The notes: generated from the sequence alone by a model not told the origin. DNA of 15,416 bases from Candidatus Subterrananammoxibius californiae (GCA_030586555.1 JAURAC010000049.1:1-15416), one strand, 5' to 3'; shown: positions 1 through 7,994, numbered from the stretch's first letter. Numbers and translations are program-made.

Positions 1-2
1 TT

Positions 3-191
3 CTATCTCCCGAGACGGAGCGCAAATTAGCCTTTGCCAATTGCGCCCAGATTCCGTTACACGAAGGTGTTGGAACACCCCCTGATGTGAAAAGAATAGA
101 AGAAATTAAAACAATGAAGGTTGATTACGAGTCTGTTGCAAAGAAGATGCAAGAAATCCAGCCCTATTTGAAAGATTGGGCAGGTTACTAA
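3..191 (+). CDS. C-terminal fragment of an ABC transporter substrate-binding protein (Fe3+/FbpA-like), cut by the window edge
   Basis: Manual translation of an open frame from the edge: LSPETERKLAFANCAQIPLHEGV...MKVDYESVAKKMQEIQPYLKDWAGY*, TAA at 189-191. LSPE...QIP resembles FbpA/AfuA-type C-termini, and it lies directly upstream of a permease and an ATPase. Confidence 0.75.
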   Translation, partial: LSPETERKLAFANCAQIPLHEGVGTPPDVKRIEEIKTMKVDYESVAKKMQEIQPYLKDWAGY

Positions 192-198
192 ATAGGTG

Positions 199-224
199 GC
201 ATGGACAAAATTGTTTGTCCATGC
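199..224. repeat. Perfect 11-bp hairpin (REP-like palindrome or intercistronic stabiliser/terminator)
   Basis: GCATGGACAAA-attg-TTTGTCCATGC, followed by TTATTTT, between the binding-protein stop and the permease start. Confidence 0.7.
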
Positions 225-248
225 TTATTTTAAAAAAGAAGCCTCAAC

Positions 249-1823
249 ATGGCTAAGAAATGTACCCTCTGGATAGCTATTCTTTTATTGATACTAATAG
301 GGCTTGCCCCCGTTATAGCGATGTTTATTAAGTCGCTATTTGTTGAGGGTGAGTTGTCACTGAAGAATTATGCGATGTTGTTTAGCTCAAAGAGAGAATG
401 GGTATTGTTATTTAATAGCCTCATTCTATCAGGCGCTACGACACTTGTAACAATTTTATTAGGGGTTCCGCTGGGGACGCTCTTTGCAAAGACTGACCTT
501 CCGCTTAAAAGGCTCTTTACAGTGCTTTTTGTGATTCCATTAATCATTCCATCATATATCTTAGCCATTGCCTGGTTCCATTTTTTAGGTCGTTCGGGGA
601 TTGCGGCAAAAATATTTGGCGATGAGATTGGCAACCTTACCTCACACTTCCTTTTCGGCTTCCCTGGCACCCTTTTTGTAATGGTATCAGCACTTCTTCC
701 AGTAGTTATTATTCTGACCACTACCTATTTACGGATGGTTAATCCGAGGTTAGAGGAGGCAGCAAAACTTTCTGCCACATGGTCTTTAATTTTAAAGAGG
801 ATTTCCATTCCTATTATAAAGCCTGGTATTTTTTTGGCAGGACTCATTGTCTTTATTCTCACTATGGGTGAGTTTGGAGTGCCATCTTCCCTTCGCTTCG
901 ATGTTTTTCCCGTAGAATCATTCGTCCAGTTTTCAGCATTTTATGATTTTAATGCAGCTACGGCTGCGGCAATACCTTTGGGTATAATTACCCTGATTGT
1001 CTTAATTGTAGAAAGGCTTTTTTTACGCAAGAAGACATTTCAGTTTAGATTAACCAAAGAAGCAATAATAATGATACCGCTTGGAAAAACAAAACCATTC
1101 TTTTTTATGGCTGTGACCATACCTGTTTTTATTTTTGTAATAATTCCCATGGGAGTACTGTTTGTAAAGTCGTTTTCTCTTTGGGCGTACCACGAGGCTT
1201 TTGCCCATTCGATGGATAGCATTCTTCGAAGCTTACTCTATGCGTCAATGGGTGCAACATGCATGGTTGTATTTGGGTTTATTCTCGGTTATATTCTTGA
1301 ACGTAAAGCCCTTCACTTTTATTATGCCGCCGACTCAGTAGCCATATTTCTTTTTGCTTTGCCAAGTACGGTCGTTGGTATAGGGCTGATAAGCTTATGG
1401 AACACGCAAGCGACAAATTTTATATACACTTCTTTTGCCATTATTTTATTTGGTTATATTGCTCAATTCACAGCCTTGGGGGAAAGGATTATGGCGACAA
1501 CCTTTTCCCAGATACCACATTCAATGGAAGAGACAGCTCAAATTGTTGGTGTAGGTTGGTTTCGCAGGTTATGCGGCATCTTGATTCCACAAGCAAAGAG
1601 AGGTTTAATTGCCACCTGGCTTGTTGGATTTATTTTCTGCTTAAGAGACCTCGGAATTACCATGATGGTTTACCCGCCAGACCATGATACGCTTCCTGTA
1701 CGTATTTTCACACTTATGGCAAATGCCCCTGAGGAGGTCATTGCTGCGTTGTGTATGACTATGGTGGTTGTTACGTTTTTGCCACTTTGTGTGCTGGGAG
1801 TAACGATAAAATATATAAGGTGA
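249..1823 (+). CDS. Fe3+-type ABC transporter permease with two BPD_transp_1 domains (FbpB/ThiP-like)
   Basis: 524 aa, highly hydrophobic, two EAA loops (LEEAAKLSA; MEETAQIVG), internal duplication typical of FbpB/ThiP permeases. Confidence 0.9.
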   Translation: MAKKCTLWIAILLLILIGLAPVIAMFIKSLFVEGELSLKNYAMLFSSKREWVLLFNSLILSGATTLVTILLGVPLGTLFAKTDLPLKRLFTVLFVIPLIIPSYILAIAWFHFLGRSGIAAKIFGDEIGNLTSHFLFGFPGTLFVMVSALLPVVIILTTTYLRMVNPRLEEAAKLSATWSLILKRISIPIIKPGIFLAGLIVFILTMGEFGVPSSLRFDVFPVESFVQFSAFYDFNAATAAAIPLGIITLIVLIVERLFLRKKTFQFRLTKEAIIMIPLGKTKPFFFMAVTIPVFIFVIIPMGVLFVKSFSLWAYHEAFAHSMDSILRSLLYASMGATCMVVFGFILGYILERKALHFYYAADSVAIFLFALPSTVVGIGLISLWNTQATNFIYTSFAIILFGYIAQFTALGERIMATTFSQIPHSMEETAQIVGVGWFRRLCGILIPQAKRGLIATWLVGFIFCLRDLGITMMVYPPDHDTLPVRIFTLMANAPEEVIAALCMTMVVVTFLPLCVLGVTIKYIR

Positions 1824-1826
1824 AAG

Positions 1827-2507
1827 ATGATTGTAGAAATTGACAATGTTTTTAAAAGTTACGATGAGATTCCAGCAGTAAATGGAGTTTCGCTAAATAT
1901 CGAGAAAGGAGAGCGGGTTGTAATCTTAGGTCCTTCTGGATGTGGTAAAACTACCCTTTTAAGGATGATAGCAGGATTTATTCTCCCTGACAAAGGTAGG
2001 TTATCTATAGATGGTATTACTGTAGCTAATAATGGAAAATGTCTCATTGAGCCTGAAAACAGGCAAGTAGGAATGGTTTTCCAGGACCTTGCTTTATGGC
2101 CTCACATGAATGTTTATGGAAATCTTGAATTTGGGTTGAAGGCAAAGAAAATCCCAAAAGGCGAAAGAAATAAACGCATTGAAAGGATACTCGAAAAGGT
2201 CCAAATGACACAATTTAAAAATGCCTTTCCAGGCGACCTTTCTGGAGGGCAACAACAGAGGATAGCGCTTGCACGAGCGCTTGTTATGCACCCTAAAATA
2301 CTCTTAATGGACGAACCCTTATCGAACCTTGATATTGACCTTAATTTATTGTTGAGAAAAGAAATCCTGAGATTACAAAATGAACTTGCTATAACTATGC
2401 TTTATGTAACGCACGACAGGGACGAGGCGTTTTCTTTAGCCACGAGAATAGTGGTTATGGGAGGTGGAAAAATCCAAAAGATAGGTACGGTTAATGAGAT
2501 ATCGTAG
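1827..2507 (+). CDS. ABC transporter ATP-binding protein (FbpC/PotA-like, no TOBE domain)
   Basis: Walker A GPSGCGKT, Q-loop MVFQD, signature LSGGQQQR, Walker B LLMDEP, H-loop VTHD. Confidence 0.93.
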   Translation: MIVEIDNVFKSYDEIPAVNGVSLNIEKGERVVILGPSGCGKTTLLRMIAGFILPDKGRLSIDGITVANNGKCLIEPENRQVGMVFQDLALWPHMNVYGNLEFGLKAKKIPKGERNKRIERILEKVQMTQFKNAFPGDLSGGQQQRIALARALVMHPKILLMDEPLSNLDIDLNLLLRKEILRLQNELAITMLYVTHDRDEAFSLATRIVVMGGGKIQKIGTVNEIS

Positions 2508-2536
2508 TATCTATCAAAATTATCTGGAGATTGAAA

Positions 2537-2743
2537 TTAAGAAGGTGTTTGCTCGGTGGCATAACTGAGACAAGCCAGGATATCTTCCTCTGTAAGGTAA
2601 GGGAAATCGTTAAGAATTTCCTGATGTGTCATACCAGAGGCAAGGTAATCGAGGACGTCATAAACTGTAATTCTCATACCCCTAATACATGGCTTACCAC
2701 CTCGTTTTCCCGGTTCAATTGTGATAATGTCTTTATATTTCAT
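2537..2743 (-). CDS. DUF433-family antitoxin, orphan (no adjacent toxin)
   Basis: ITIEPGKRGGKPCIRGMRITVYDVLDYLASGMTHQEILNDFPYLTEEDILACLSY is a typical DUF433 sequence. Start placed at ATG 2743, after AAGGA, rather than the ORF-track start at 2791. Confidence 0.88.
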   Translation of the reverse strand: MKYKDIITIEPGKRGGKPCIRGMRITVYDVLDYLASGMTHQEILNDFPYLTEEDILACLSYATEQTPS

Positions 2744-2781
2744 GGCATTTTCCTTATATAAGTAGCTTGCACTGTACAAAG

Positions 2782-2809
2782 ATTGTATCACACCGCGTTA
2801 ACGTGTCAA
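2782..2809 (-). promoter_or_regulatory. sigma70-type promoter for the orphan DUF433 gene
   Basis: Minus strand TTGACA-16 nt-TACAAT with an extended -10 TG (TGaTACAAT), about 40 nt upstream of ATG 2743. Confidence 0.6.
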
Positions 2810-3038
2810 TATGATCCACGGGTCCCCTTCCTCTCCCTCTTCATTTTTCATACATAATTCTACTCCACAATCAGCACATCTGTAAACACGAGGTTTTTTA
2901 TTTAACGGAGATAATACAATAATGGCTCCACCACAGTCAATGCATTGCCCCCGCCTTATGTATTAAAAAACCACACCGAGGACATTCTTTTGCATAACTG
3001 CTAATTTTGTTTTCACATTCCGGACATATTACTAACAT
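2798..3038 (-). pseudogene. Frameshifted small double zinc-ribbon protein (4x CxxC, 79 aa if one base is removed)
   Basis: Strong SD AAGGAGGTGA (3054-3045) 6 nt before ATG 3038. Frame 1 reads MLVICPECENKISSYAKECPRCGFLIHKAGAMH*. The +1 frame continues GQCIDCGGAIIVLSPLNKKPRVYRCADCGVELCMKNEEGEEGDPWIILTR* (TAA 2800-2798). The shift maps best to a G5 run at 2948-2952. Confidence 0.7.
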
Positions 3039-3064
3039 TTATTGTCACCTCCTTTTTTTAAACA

Positions 3065-3087
3065 AGCACTTCAGTATTGAATGTGCT
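3065..3087 (-). terminator. Small hairpin after the DUF5615 gene (possible terminator)
   Basis: Minus strand AGCAC-a-TTCA-atac-TGAA-GTGCT followed by TGTTT; the U-tract is short. Confidence 0.3.
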
Positions 3088-3133
3088 AATATAAAAACTC
3101 AATTTGATTTTTTATGGATTCATCAGAAGAAAG

Positions 3134-3427
3134 TTATAGTACTCTCAAAAGCTTACGAATTGTTTCTCTAATTGAAAGCTGTTTTGAAACTATAATGCCA
3201 GAATGGTCTTGTCCATTCTTAACGTATTTGTTGTGGAGTAACACAAAATCCTTCACATTAAAACTTAACAAACACCTTTCTCTCTCCACGGCGTATCTCA
3301 GTTGTTCAGAATCTGGTTTACCTTTGCGTCCCAACTCTTGTACATGAACAACATCGTATCCCCTTTTTCGCAGTGCTAAAGCCACAGCCAAAGGCACATC
3401 TTCATCTAAGAACAACTTGATTTTCAC
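3134..3427 (-). CDS. DUF5615 (PIN-like, VapC45-type) toxin, probably shortened by a premature TAA
   Basis: Motifs KLFLDEDVP, GYDVVHV, DSEQLRYA, LLSFNVKDF, HSGIIV. It lies directly downstream of a DUF433 gene. The frame continues past the TAA as LSSDESIKNQIEFLY* to 3086. Confidence 0.85.
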   Translation of the reverse strand: MKIKLFLDEDVPLAVALALRKRGYDVVHVQELGRKGKPDSEQLRYAVERERCLLSFNVKDFVLLHNKYVKNGQDHSGIIVSKQLSIRETIRKLLRVL

Positions 3428-3431
3428 TTGC

Positions 3432-3737
3432 TTAAGCCTTCTTTTTGGGATGAGTTAACGCTTGTTTTTTCCAGTATTCCTCGTTAGAGGATTCTTCTAA
3501 GTCTTTGTCAATTTCCTCTTGATGGTCAAAATAATAAGCAAGGGCGGAATGAACTTGCGAGGAGGTCAGGTGGGATAAACTTGTTAGGATTTCATCCACA
3601 CTCATTCCCATTTGGTAGTAGCCTGCAATGCAACGAACCGTAATCCTTGTGTCTTCAATAACAGGCGCTCCACCTGCGATTTCACGGTGAGATGTAATAT
3701 ATGGGTAAGACACTTTTTTTGAAACTATGCTCATCAC
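3432..3737 (-). CDS. DUF433-family antitoxin paired with DUF5615
   Basis: PYITSHREIAGGAPVIEDTRITVRCI...GMSVDEIL...HLTSSQVHSALAYYFDHQEEI; AGGAG SD upstream; 4-nt gap to the toxin gene. Confidence 0.88.
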   Translation of the reverse strand: MMSIVSKKVSYPYITSHREIAGGAPVIEDTRITVRCIAGYYQMGMSVDEILTSLSHLTSSQVHSALAYYFDHQEEIDKDLEESSNEEYWKKQALTHPKKKA

Positions 3738-3775
3738 TGCACTCCTTTAAAAGGTTAAAGTCGTGGGTGTTCTTA

Positions 3776-4855
3776 CTATTCCTGTCCTATCAATCTTTTG
3801 TAGATAAGTACTTCTCTTATAGCCTTGTCCTTTAATCCTTTCTTATGATAGATATAGCCGAGGTTGTTATGAGCCTCTGCATATTCAGGGTTAAGCTCCA
3901 CCGCCTTCTCGAAGGATTTTTGGGCTTCATCAAGCATCTCTTTCTCTATATAAATGAGTCCAACGTTGTTATGGACTTGCTCATAATTGGGGTCAATTTC
4001 TAATGCCTTCTTGAAGTTGTTAAGCGCTTCGTCATACATACCCTTTTCATAATAAATAAAGCCAAGGTTATTGTAAGCCTCTACAAATTTCGGATTAATT
4101 TCTATGGCTTTCTCAAGCTCGGCAATGGCTTGCTCTACCATCCCTTTGGCGTAATATATCATTTCGAGTTGATAATGAGAACCTTCATCATTAGGATTAA
4201 CCTCTAATGCCTTATTAAATTCAGTAGTAGCGTCATCTACAAGTCCCATATCAATAAAAAGAGTACCAAGGTTATAATGAGCCTCTGAATTTTCTGGTTC
4301 GTAGTTCAGTATCCTGTTGTATTCTAAAACAGCGTCTTCAAGCATTCCGCTGTGATGATAAAGACGTCCCAGTTTGTTGTGCCATTTAGCATTTTTGGGC
4401 TCGATTTCTATTGCCTCTCTATATTCTAAGATTGATTCATCAATTAACCCTTTGTGATTATAAGCGAGCGCTAAATCACCGTGTAACTCTGCAGAATTAG
4501 GACCGATTTCTAAGGCTTTCTTGTACGAAGCAATTGCATCATTGGTAGAACCCTTTTTTATGTATGCCCGTCCAAGTGCATGATGTGCATCACCAAGATT
4601 CGGGTTAATCTTTACTGCCGTTTCAAGTTCTTTAATAGCCTCATCAAACATCTCTTTTTTGTAGTATTCTACGCCCATATTGTAATGGTTGAGTTGTTTT
4701 TCTAAATTCGAGGCGCATCCGATAAAAGCAATGAGCAATGAGCAATGAGCAACGAGCAAAGAATTTTTAAGCCGTGCGCTGAGCCATAAAGTTTGCAATT
4801 TCCCTGAAAACCTCTTTGTTACCAACTGGAAGCTTTTCAATTGTTTTATGTGCAT
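3776..4855 (-). CDS. Tetratricopeptide-repeat protein (about 9 TPRs), possibly a lipoprotein; true start uncertain and probably downstream of 4855
   Basis: Repeated 34-aa units (e.g. AYNNLGFIYYEKGMYDEALNNFKKALEIDPNY). Hydrophobic stretch plus lipobox-like LLIAFIG/C. The ORF-track start overlaps the upstream gene by 89 nt. Confidence 0.88.
   Translation of the reverse strand: MHIKQLKSFQLVTKRFSGKLQTLWLSARLKNSLLVAHCSLLIAFIGCASNLEKQLNHYNMGVEYYKKEMFDEAIKELETAVKINPNLGDAHHALGRAYIKKGSTNDAIASYKKALEIGPNSAELHGDLALAYNHKGLIDESILEYREAIEIEPKNAKWHNKLGRLYHHSGMLEDAVLEYNRILNYEPENSEAHYNLGTLFIDMGLVDDATTEFNKALEVNPNDEGSHYQLEMIYYAKGMVEQAIAELEKAIEINPKFVEAYNNLGFIYYEKGMYDEALNNFKKALEIDPNYEQVHNNVGLIYIEKEMLDEAQKSFEKAVELNPEYAEAHNNLGYIYHKKGLKDKAIREVLIYKRLIGQE
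4726..4761. repeat. 7-bp tandem repeat, about 5 units of GAGCAAY
   Basis: aagcaat gagcaat gagcaat gagcaac gagcaaa; encodes LLVAHCSLLIA in the TPR frame. Confidence 0.9.
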
Positions 4856-5753
4856 GTTTGATTAAATCCTCCGCGTAATTTTGTGCATACTCCTTAACGC
4901 CATATTTATCGTAAAGATTCATGACCCACCTTATATCATCATCGGTAGTATCTTCCCTCGGTTTTGCCATTATTTGTATCAACTTGTCTTTTTCTTCTAT
5001 GTTTGCAACCTCAAGGGAGTAGGCATAGAGGAAGCTTGCCTTTCCTTCCTTTATATCAGAGCCAATTACACCGCCGCGTCCCTTACCATACGTTAAATCT
5101 ATAAGGTCGTCTCGTATCTGAAAAGCAGGTCCCATATTTTTACCCAACTCCCATATACTATCTACAACAGTATCAGAAATATCTGCAACAATAGCCCCTC
5201 CAACCATTCCACAAGCAAGGTAGTAACCTGTCTTTAGCCTTACCATTTCTAAATAGTCTTTTACAGTAATATCTTTAGCAGCCCTGAGGTTAATATCCAG
5301 AGCCTGACCCTCAACGGTCTTTTCGTAAGTCAGGGTAAAAACTTCTACAAGCTTGAGTTTTTTTTCGGTAGAGACGGGACTGGCAAGAATGCTTTGATAG
5401 CCTTTTGCCACCATGTAATCACCGGCGTTAATTGCATTGTCTATACCGTACTTAACCCATACGGTTGGTTTATCACGCCTCATTGTGTCGCCGTCTTCTA
5501 CATCGTCATGAAGAAGGAACATATTGTGGAGTATCTCTACGGCTAAGGCAAAATACAGGGCATTGTCAGGGTTGCCACCAAGGGCTTCGCAGGTAATAAG
5601 GCAGATGGCTGGTCTTACCCTTTTGCCTCCTGTATTCATGTGGTGCCAGATAGGTTCACCGAGGAAATCATGTCTGTCCGGTGGGATGATTTCCTTGAGC
5701 AACTTATCTATCTTCTTGCCGTAACTCTTGATTGATTCCTCGATTTGCATCAT
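4767..5753 (-). CDS. Polyprenyl diphosphate synthase (IdsA/GGPP-synthase-like)
   Basis: GGKRVRP, first Asp-rich motif LHDDVEDGDTMRR, GQALD, KTG, second motif FQIRDDLID, SDIKEGK. Confidence 0.93.
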   Translation of the reverse strand: MMQIEESIKSYGKKIDKLLKEIIPPDRHDFLGEPIWHHMNTGGKRVRPAICLITCEALGGNPDNALYFALAVEILHNMFLLHDDVEDGDTMRRDKPTVWVKYGIDNAINAGDYMVAKGYQSILASPVSTEKKLKLVEVFTLTYEKTVEGQALDINLRAAKDITVKDYLEMVRLKTGYYLACGMVGGAIVADISDTVVDSIWELGKNMGPAFQIRDDLIDLTYGKGRGGVIGSDIKEGKASFLYAYSLEVANIEEKDKLIQIMAKPREDTTDDDIRWVMNLYDKYGVKEYAQNYAEDLIKHAHKTIEKLPVGNKEVFREIANFMAQRTA

Positions 5754-5788
5754 CCCTTAAACCCTTTAACTCTTGAACTATTGAACCT
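5754..5788. repeat. Degenerate 8-bp tandem tract filling the efp-polyprenyl synthetase spacer
   Basis: cccttaaa ccctttaa ctcttgaa ctattgaa cc. Confidence 0.7.
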
Positions 5789-6346
5789 TTATTCCCTGCT
5801 TGTAAATTCGCCTGTGCGTGTATCTACCTTAACACGTTCCCCCTGGTTTATAAATAGTGGCACCTTGACGACGAGTCCTGTTTCAAGCGTTGCAGGTTTA
5901 AAGACGTTAGTAACCGTATCGCCCTTTACACCAGGGTCGGTTTTTTCTACCCTTAATATAACCGAAGCAGGCAGTTCGACTGAGACGGGTTTCCCATCGT
6001 AGAAAGAAATCCTTGCCTGGCTATTTAAAGCTATGTAAGGAATTTCTGCTGCTATAGCATCCTTTTGGATGAAAACCTGCTCAAGTGTTTCTGTATCCAT
6101 GAAACAATAATTATCGCCATCCTGATAGAGATATTCCATTAGCCTATGTTCAAGGTACACGTCATCAACCTTATCAGTAGACCTGAATCTCTTCTGGACG
6201 ACGTTACCCTGTTTAAGGCTTTTTAACTTTGCCTGCACCATACCTCTCCAGTTTCCAGGCGTGATGTGCTGGGAGTCTATAACAACGTAAAGTTCACTAT
6301 CCACCTTCAATACCGTTCCCTTCTTAATTTCTGTTGCGCTAATCAA
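5789..6346 (-). CDS. efp: Translation elongation factor P
   Basis: KPATLETGLVVKVPLFINQGERVKVDTRTGEF C-terminus, YLYQDG, FMDTET. Start placed at TTG 6346 after GGAGG (185 aa). Tip loop is HITPGNWRG. Confidence 0.96.
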   Translation of the reverse strand: MISATEIKKGTVLKVDSELYVVIDSQHITPGNWRGMVQAKLKSLKQGNVVQKRFRSTDKVDDVYLEHRLMEYLYQDGDNYCFMDTETLEQVFIQKDAIAAEIPYIALNSQARISFYDGKPVSVELPASVILRVEKTDPGVKGDTVTNVFKPATLETGLVVKVPLFINQGERVKVDTRTGEFTSRE

Positions 6347-6397
6347 ACTAATTCCCTCCAATGTTTATATGAAATAATATTACAATTCAAGTGTGTC

Positions 6398-6406
6398 ATT
6401 ATACCA
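6398..6406 (-). promoter_or_regulatory. Extended -10 promoter upstream of efp
   Basis: Minus strand TGgTATAAT about 50 nt upstream of the efp start; no good -35. Confidence 0.45.
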
Positions 6407-6412
6407 AGTTCT

Positions 6413-7591
6413 TTAAACAAATTCCACCATTACACTATCGGCTACGCTAAGACCCTTTTGCGTTAGCCTGAGCCGTTTTCCGTTGAAGCTTAGAAGGCCC
6501 ATTTTGACAAGCCTTGCTATCTTTTCTCCGTACGTCAATAAAAGGTCAAAGCCTGTGGTGTTCAGAAATTCTTCCGTTGTAATGCCAGATAGCATTCTCA
6601 AGGTCATAACTAACGTCTCTCCTGCCCGTTTCTCTGGCAATAGCTGTTCAGAAAAACAGGCGGCTTTGCCTTTAAAATTAATAGCCTCAATGTATCTTTG
6701 AACATCCTTTTCATTAGAGGTCCTACATCTATTTGTGTAGGAAAACGCGCCTGCCCCAATGCCCAGATATCCTTCGTTTCTCCAGTACACGATGTTATGG
6801 CGGCACATCATACCATCTTTTGCAAAGTTAGATATCTCGTAGTGCCTGTACCCATTTTTCTTAAGAAATGTTCTCGCCAGTTTATACATCTTAAGCTCGT
6901 CCCGCTCATCCAATCTCTTAATATTGCCATTATCAAGGGCATTCTTGAGCGGTGTTCCATCCTCATAGCTCAAGCAATATGTAGAAACATGCTCTGGCAC
7001 AAGTGCGCAGACAGTTTCTAAATCCTCACGCCATTCCTCAAGCGACTGTTCAGGGCATCCGTATATAAGGTCAATATTAATATTTTTAAAGCCGCCTTCC
7101 CTGAGGAGCATAAAGGCTCGTTTAGCCTCTTCCGCTGAATGAATTCGCCCAAGGAGTTTTAACGTCCTATCATGGAAGGATTGTACGCCGAGGCTTATGC
7201 GGTTAATCTTATGTTGCCTTAAAATATTGATTTTTTCTTCATCAAGTGTACCCGGGTTTGCCTCAATGGTATATTCCTCAAGCAGGGGCGTATTGTAATA
7301 CATCCCTACCTTACCAAGAAGCCTATCCAGTTGCTCATTATTTAAAGAGGTTGGCGTACCGCCACCTATATAAACAGTCTTTGTCGTAACTCGTAACTCG
7401 CAACTCCCAACTCGCAACTCTTTTGCAACAGCCTCTATATATTCATCAAACACCCTCACACTCTCCTTCTCCCTTGAAGGGGCGGGTATAGAATTAAAGT
7501 CGCAGTAGTTACATTTCTTTTCGCAAAATGGAATATGGATATATAAAGAGTGAATTGAATTGGTGTTATTCATGGATTGACAAACTAACAT
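6413..7591 (-). CDS. hemW: Radical SAM heme chaperone HemW (HemN-like); alternative start ATG 7573
   Basis: LYIHIPFCEKKCNYCDF (CxxxCxxC), YIGGGTP, TIEANP, RISLGVQSF, NIDLIYG, YEISNF, HNIVYW (HNxxYW typical of HemW). Confidence 0.92.
   Translation of the reverse strand: MLVCQSMNNTNSIHSLYIHIPFCEKKCNYCDFNSIPAPSREKESVRVFDEYIEAVAKELRVGSCELRVTTKTVYIGGGTPTSLNNEQLDRLLGKVGMYYNTPLLEEYTIEANPGTLDEEKINILRQHKINRISLGVQSFHDRTLKLLGRIHSAEEAKRAFMLLREGGFKNINIDLIYGCPEQSLEEWREDLETVCALVPEHVSTYCLSYEDGTPLKNALDNGNIKRLDERDELKMYKLARTFLKKNGYRHYEISNFAKDGMMCRHNIVYWRNEGYLGIGAGAFSYTNRCRTSNEKDVQRYIEAINFKGKAACFSEQLLPEKRAGETLVMTLRMLSGITTEEFLNTTGFDLLLTYGEKIARLVKMGLLSFNGKRLRLTQKGLSVADSVMVEFV
7282..7309 (-). repeat. Degenerate GTAG-type REP palindrome inside hemW
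   Basis: Minus strand GTAGGGATGTATTA-CAATACGCCCCTGC, an imperfect palindrome starting with GTAG; translated as VGMYYNTPL. Confidence 0.7.
7384..7420 (-). repeat. 7-bp tandem repeat, 5 units of GAGTTRC, inside hemW
   Basis: Minus strand gagttgc gagttgg gagttgc gagttac gagttac ga; translated as ELRVGSCELRVT. Confidence 0.9.
7453..7486. repeat. Degenerate CCCTCACCC..CTCTCCC-GGGAGAGGG-type palindromic element inside hemW
   Basis: ccctcacactctccttctcccttgaaggggcggg; translated as PAPSREKESVR, right after the Fe-S motif. Confidence 0.5.
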
Positions 7592-7923
7592 GTAAGATGA
7601 AGTGCGGTAACAACCCTATTGCCAGTCATTTCATTATGTTTTTTGCAGGCGTCCGCTGTAACGGCGCTTATTAATTTTATTCCTTTGGATTTCAAATATG
7701 TTTGCACCTCTTTGGTAATCTTCATCATTCCATCAGCGCCAGTGCCAACAATCAGTACCTCAGGGCTTCCCTCGAGTGCGGCGCTTAAATCCTCCATTTG
7801 GAGCTTATGCCCCTCCTTTCTCCACCAGCTTGAATCCACATGGTCATGGTAGATTATAACATCACTTGTATGCGTCTTTCCATCAATAACTATCCTGCCA
7901 AACTCGTAATTGTCTATCTTCAT
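7585..7923 (-). CDS. Mth938-like (DUF498/DUF598) protein
   Basis: IDNYEFGRIVIDGK, WWRKEGH, PEVLIVGTGADG, terminal HLTC. Confidence 0.9.
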   Translation of the reverse strand: MKIDNYEFGRIVIDGKTHTSDVIIYHDHVDSSWWRKEGHKLQMEDLSAALEGSPEVLIVGTGADGMMKITKEVQTYLKSKGIKLISAVTADACKKHNEMTGNRVVTALHLTC

Positions 7924-7949
7924 TAGTACCGCTCACGCTAAACCTGAGA

Positions 7950-7994
7950 AATCCCCCTCAGTCCCCCTTTAGTAAAGGGGGATTCAGGGGGATT
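7950..7994. repeat. 21-bp-arm REP-like palindrome (possible terminator function)
   Basis: AATCCCCCTCAGTCCCCCTTT-agt-AAAGGGGGATTCAGGGGGATT, 19 of 21 positions Watson-Crick paired. Confidence 0.85.

Noticed and set aside
2505..3136. Stop-codon reassignment or readthrough, suggested by plausible peptide after TAG 2507 (YLSKLSGD*) and after TAA 3134
   Set aside because: Different stop codons are involved, and TAG and TAA end conserved genes normally here (Mth938 HLTC-TAG, efp TAA). The ATPase extension is too short to judge.
5789..7591. Radical SAM gene next to efp as an EpmB-like EF-P modification enzyme
   Set aside because: Its motifs are clearly HemW/HemN-type, not lysine 2,3-aminomutase; adjacency alone is not evidence.
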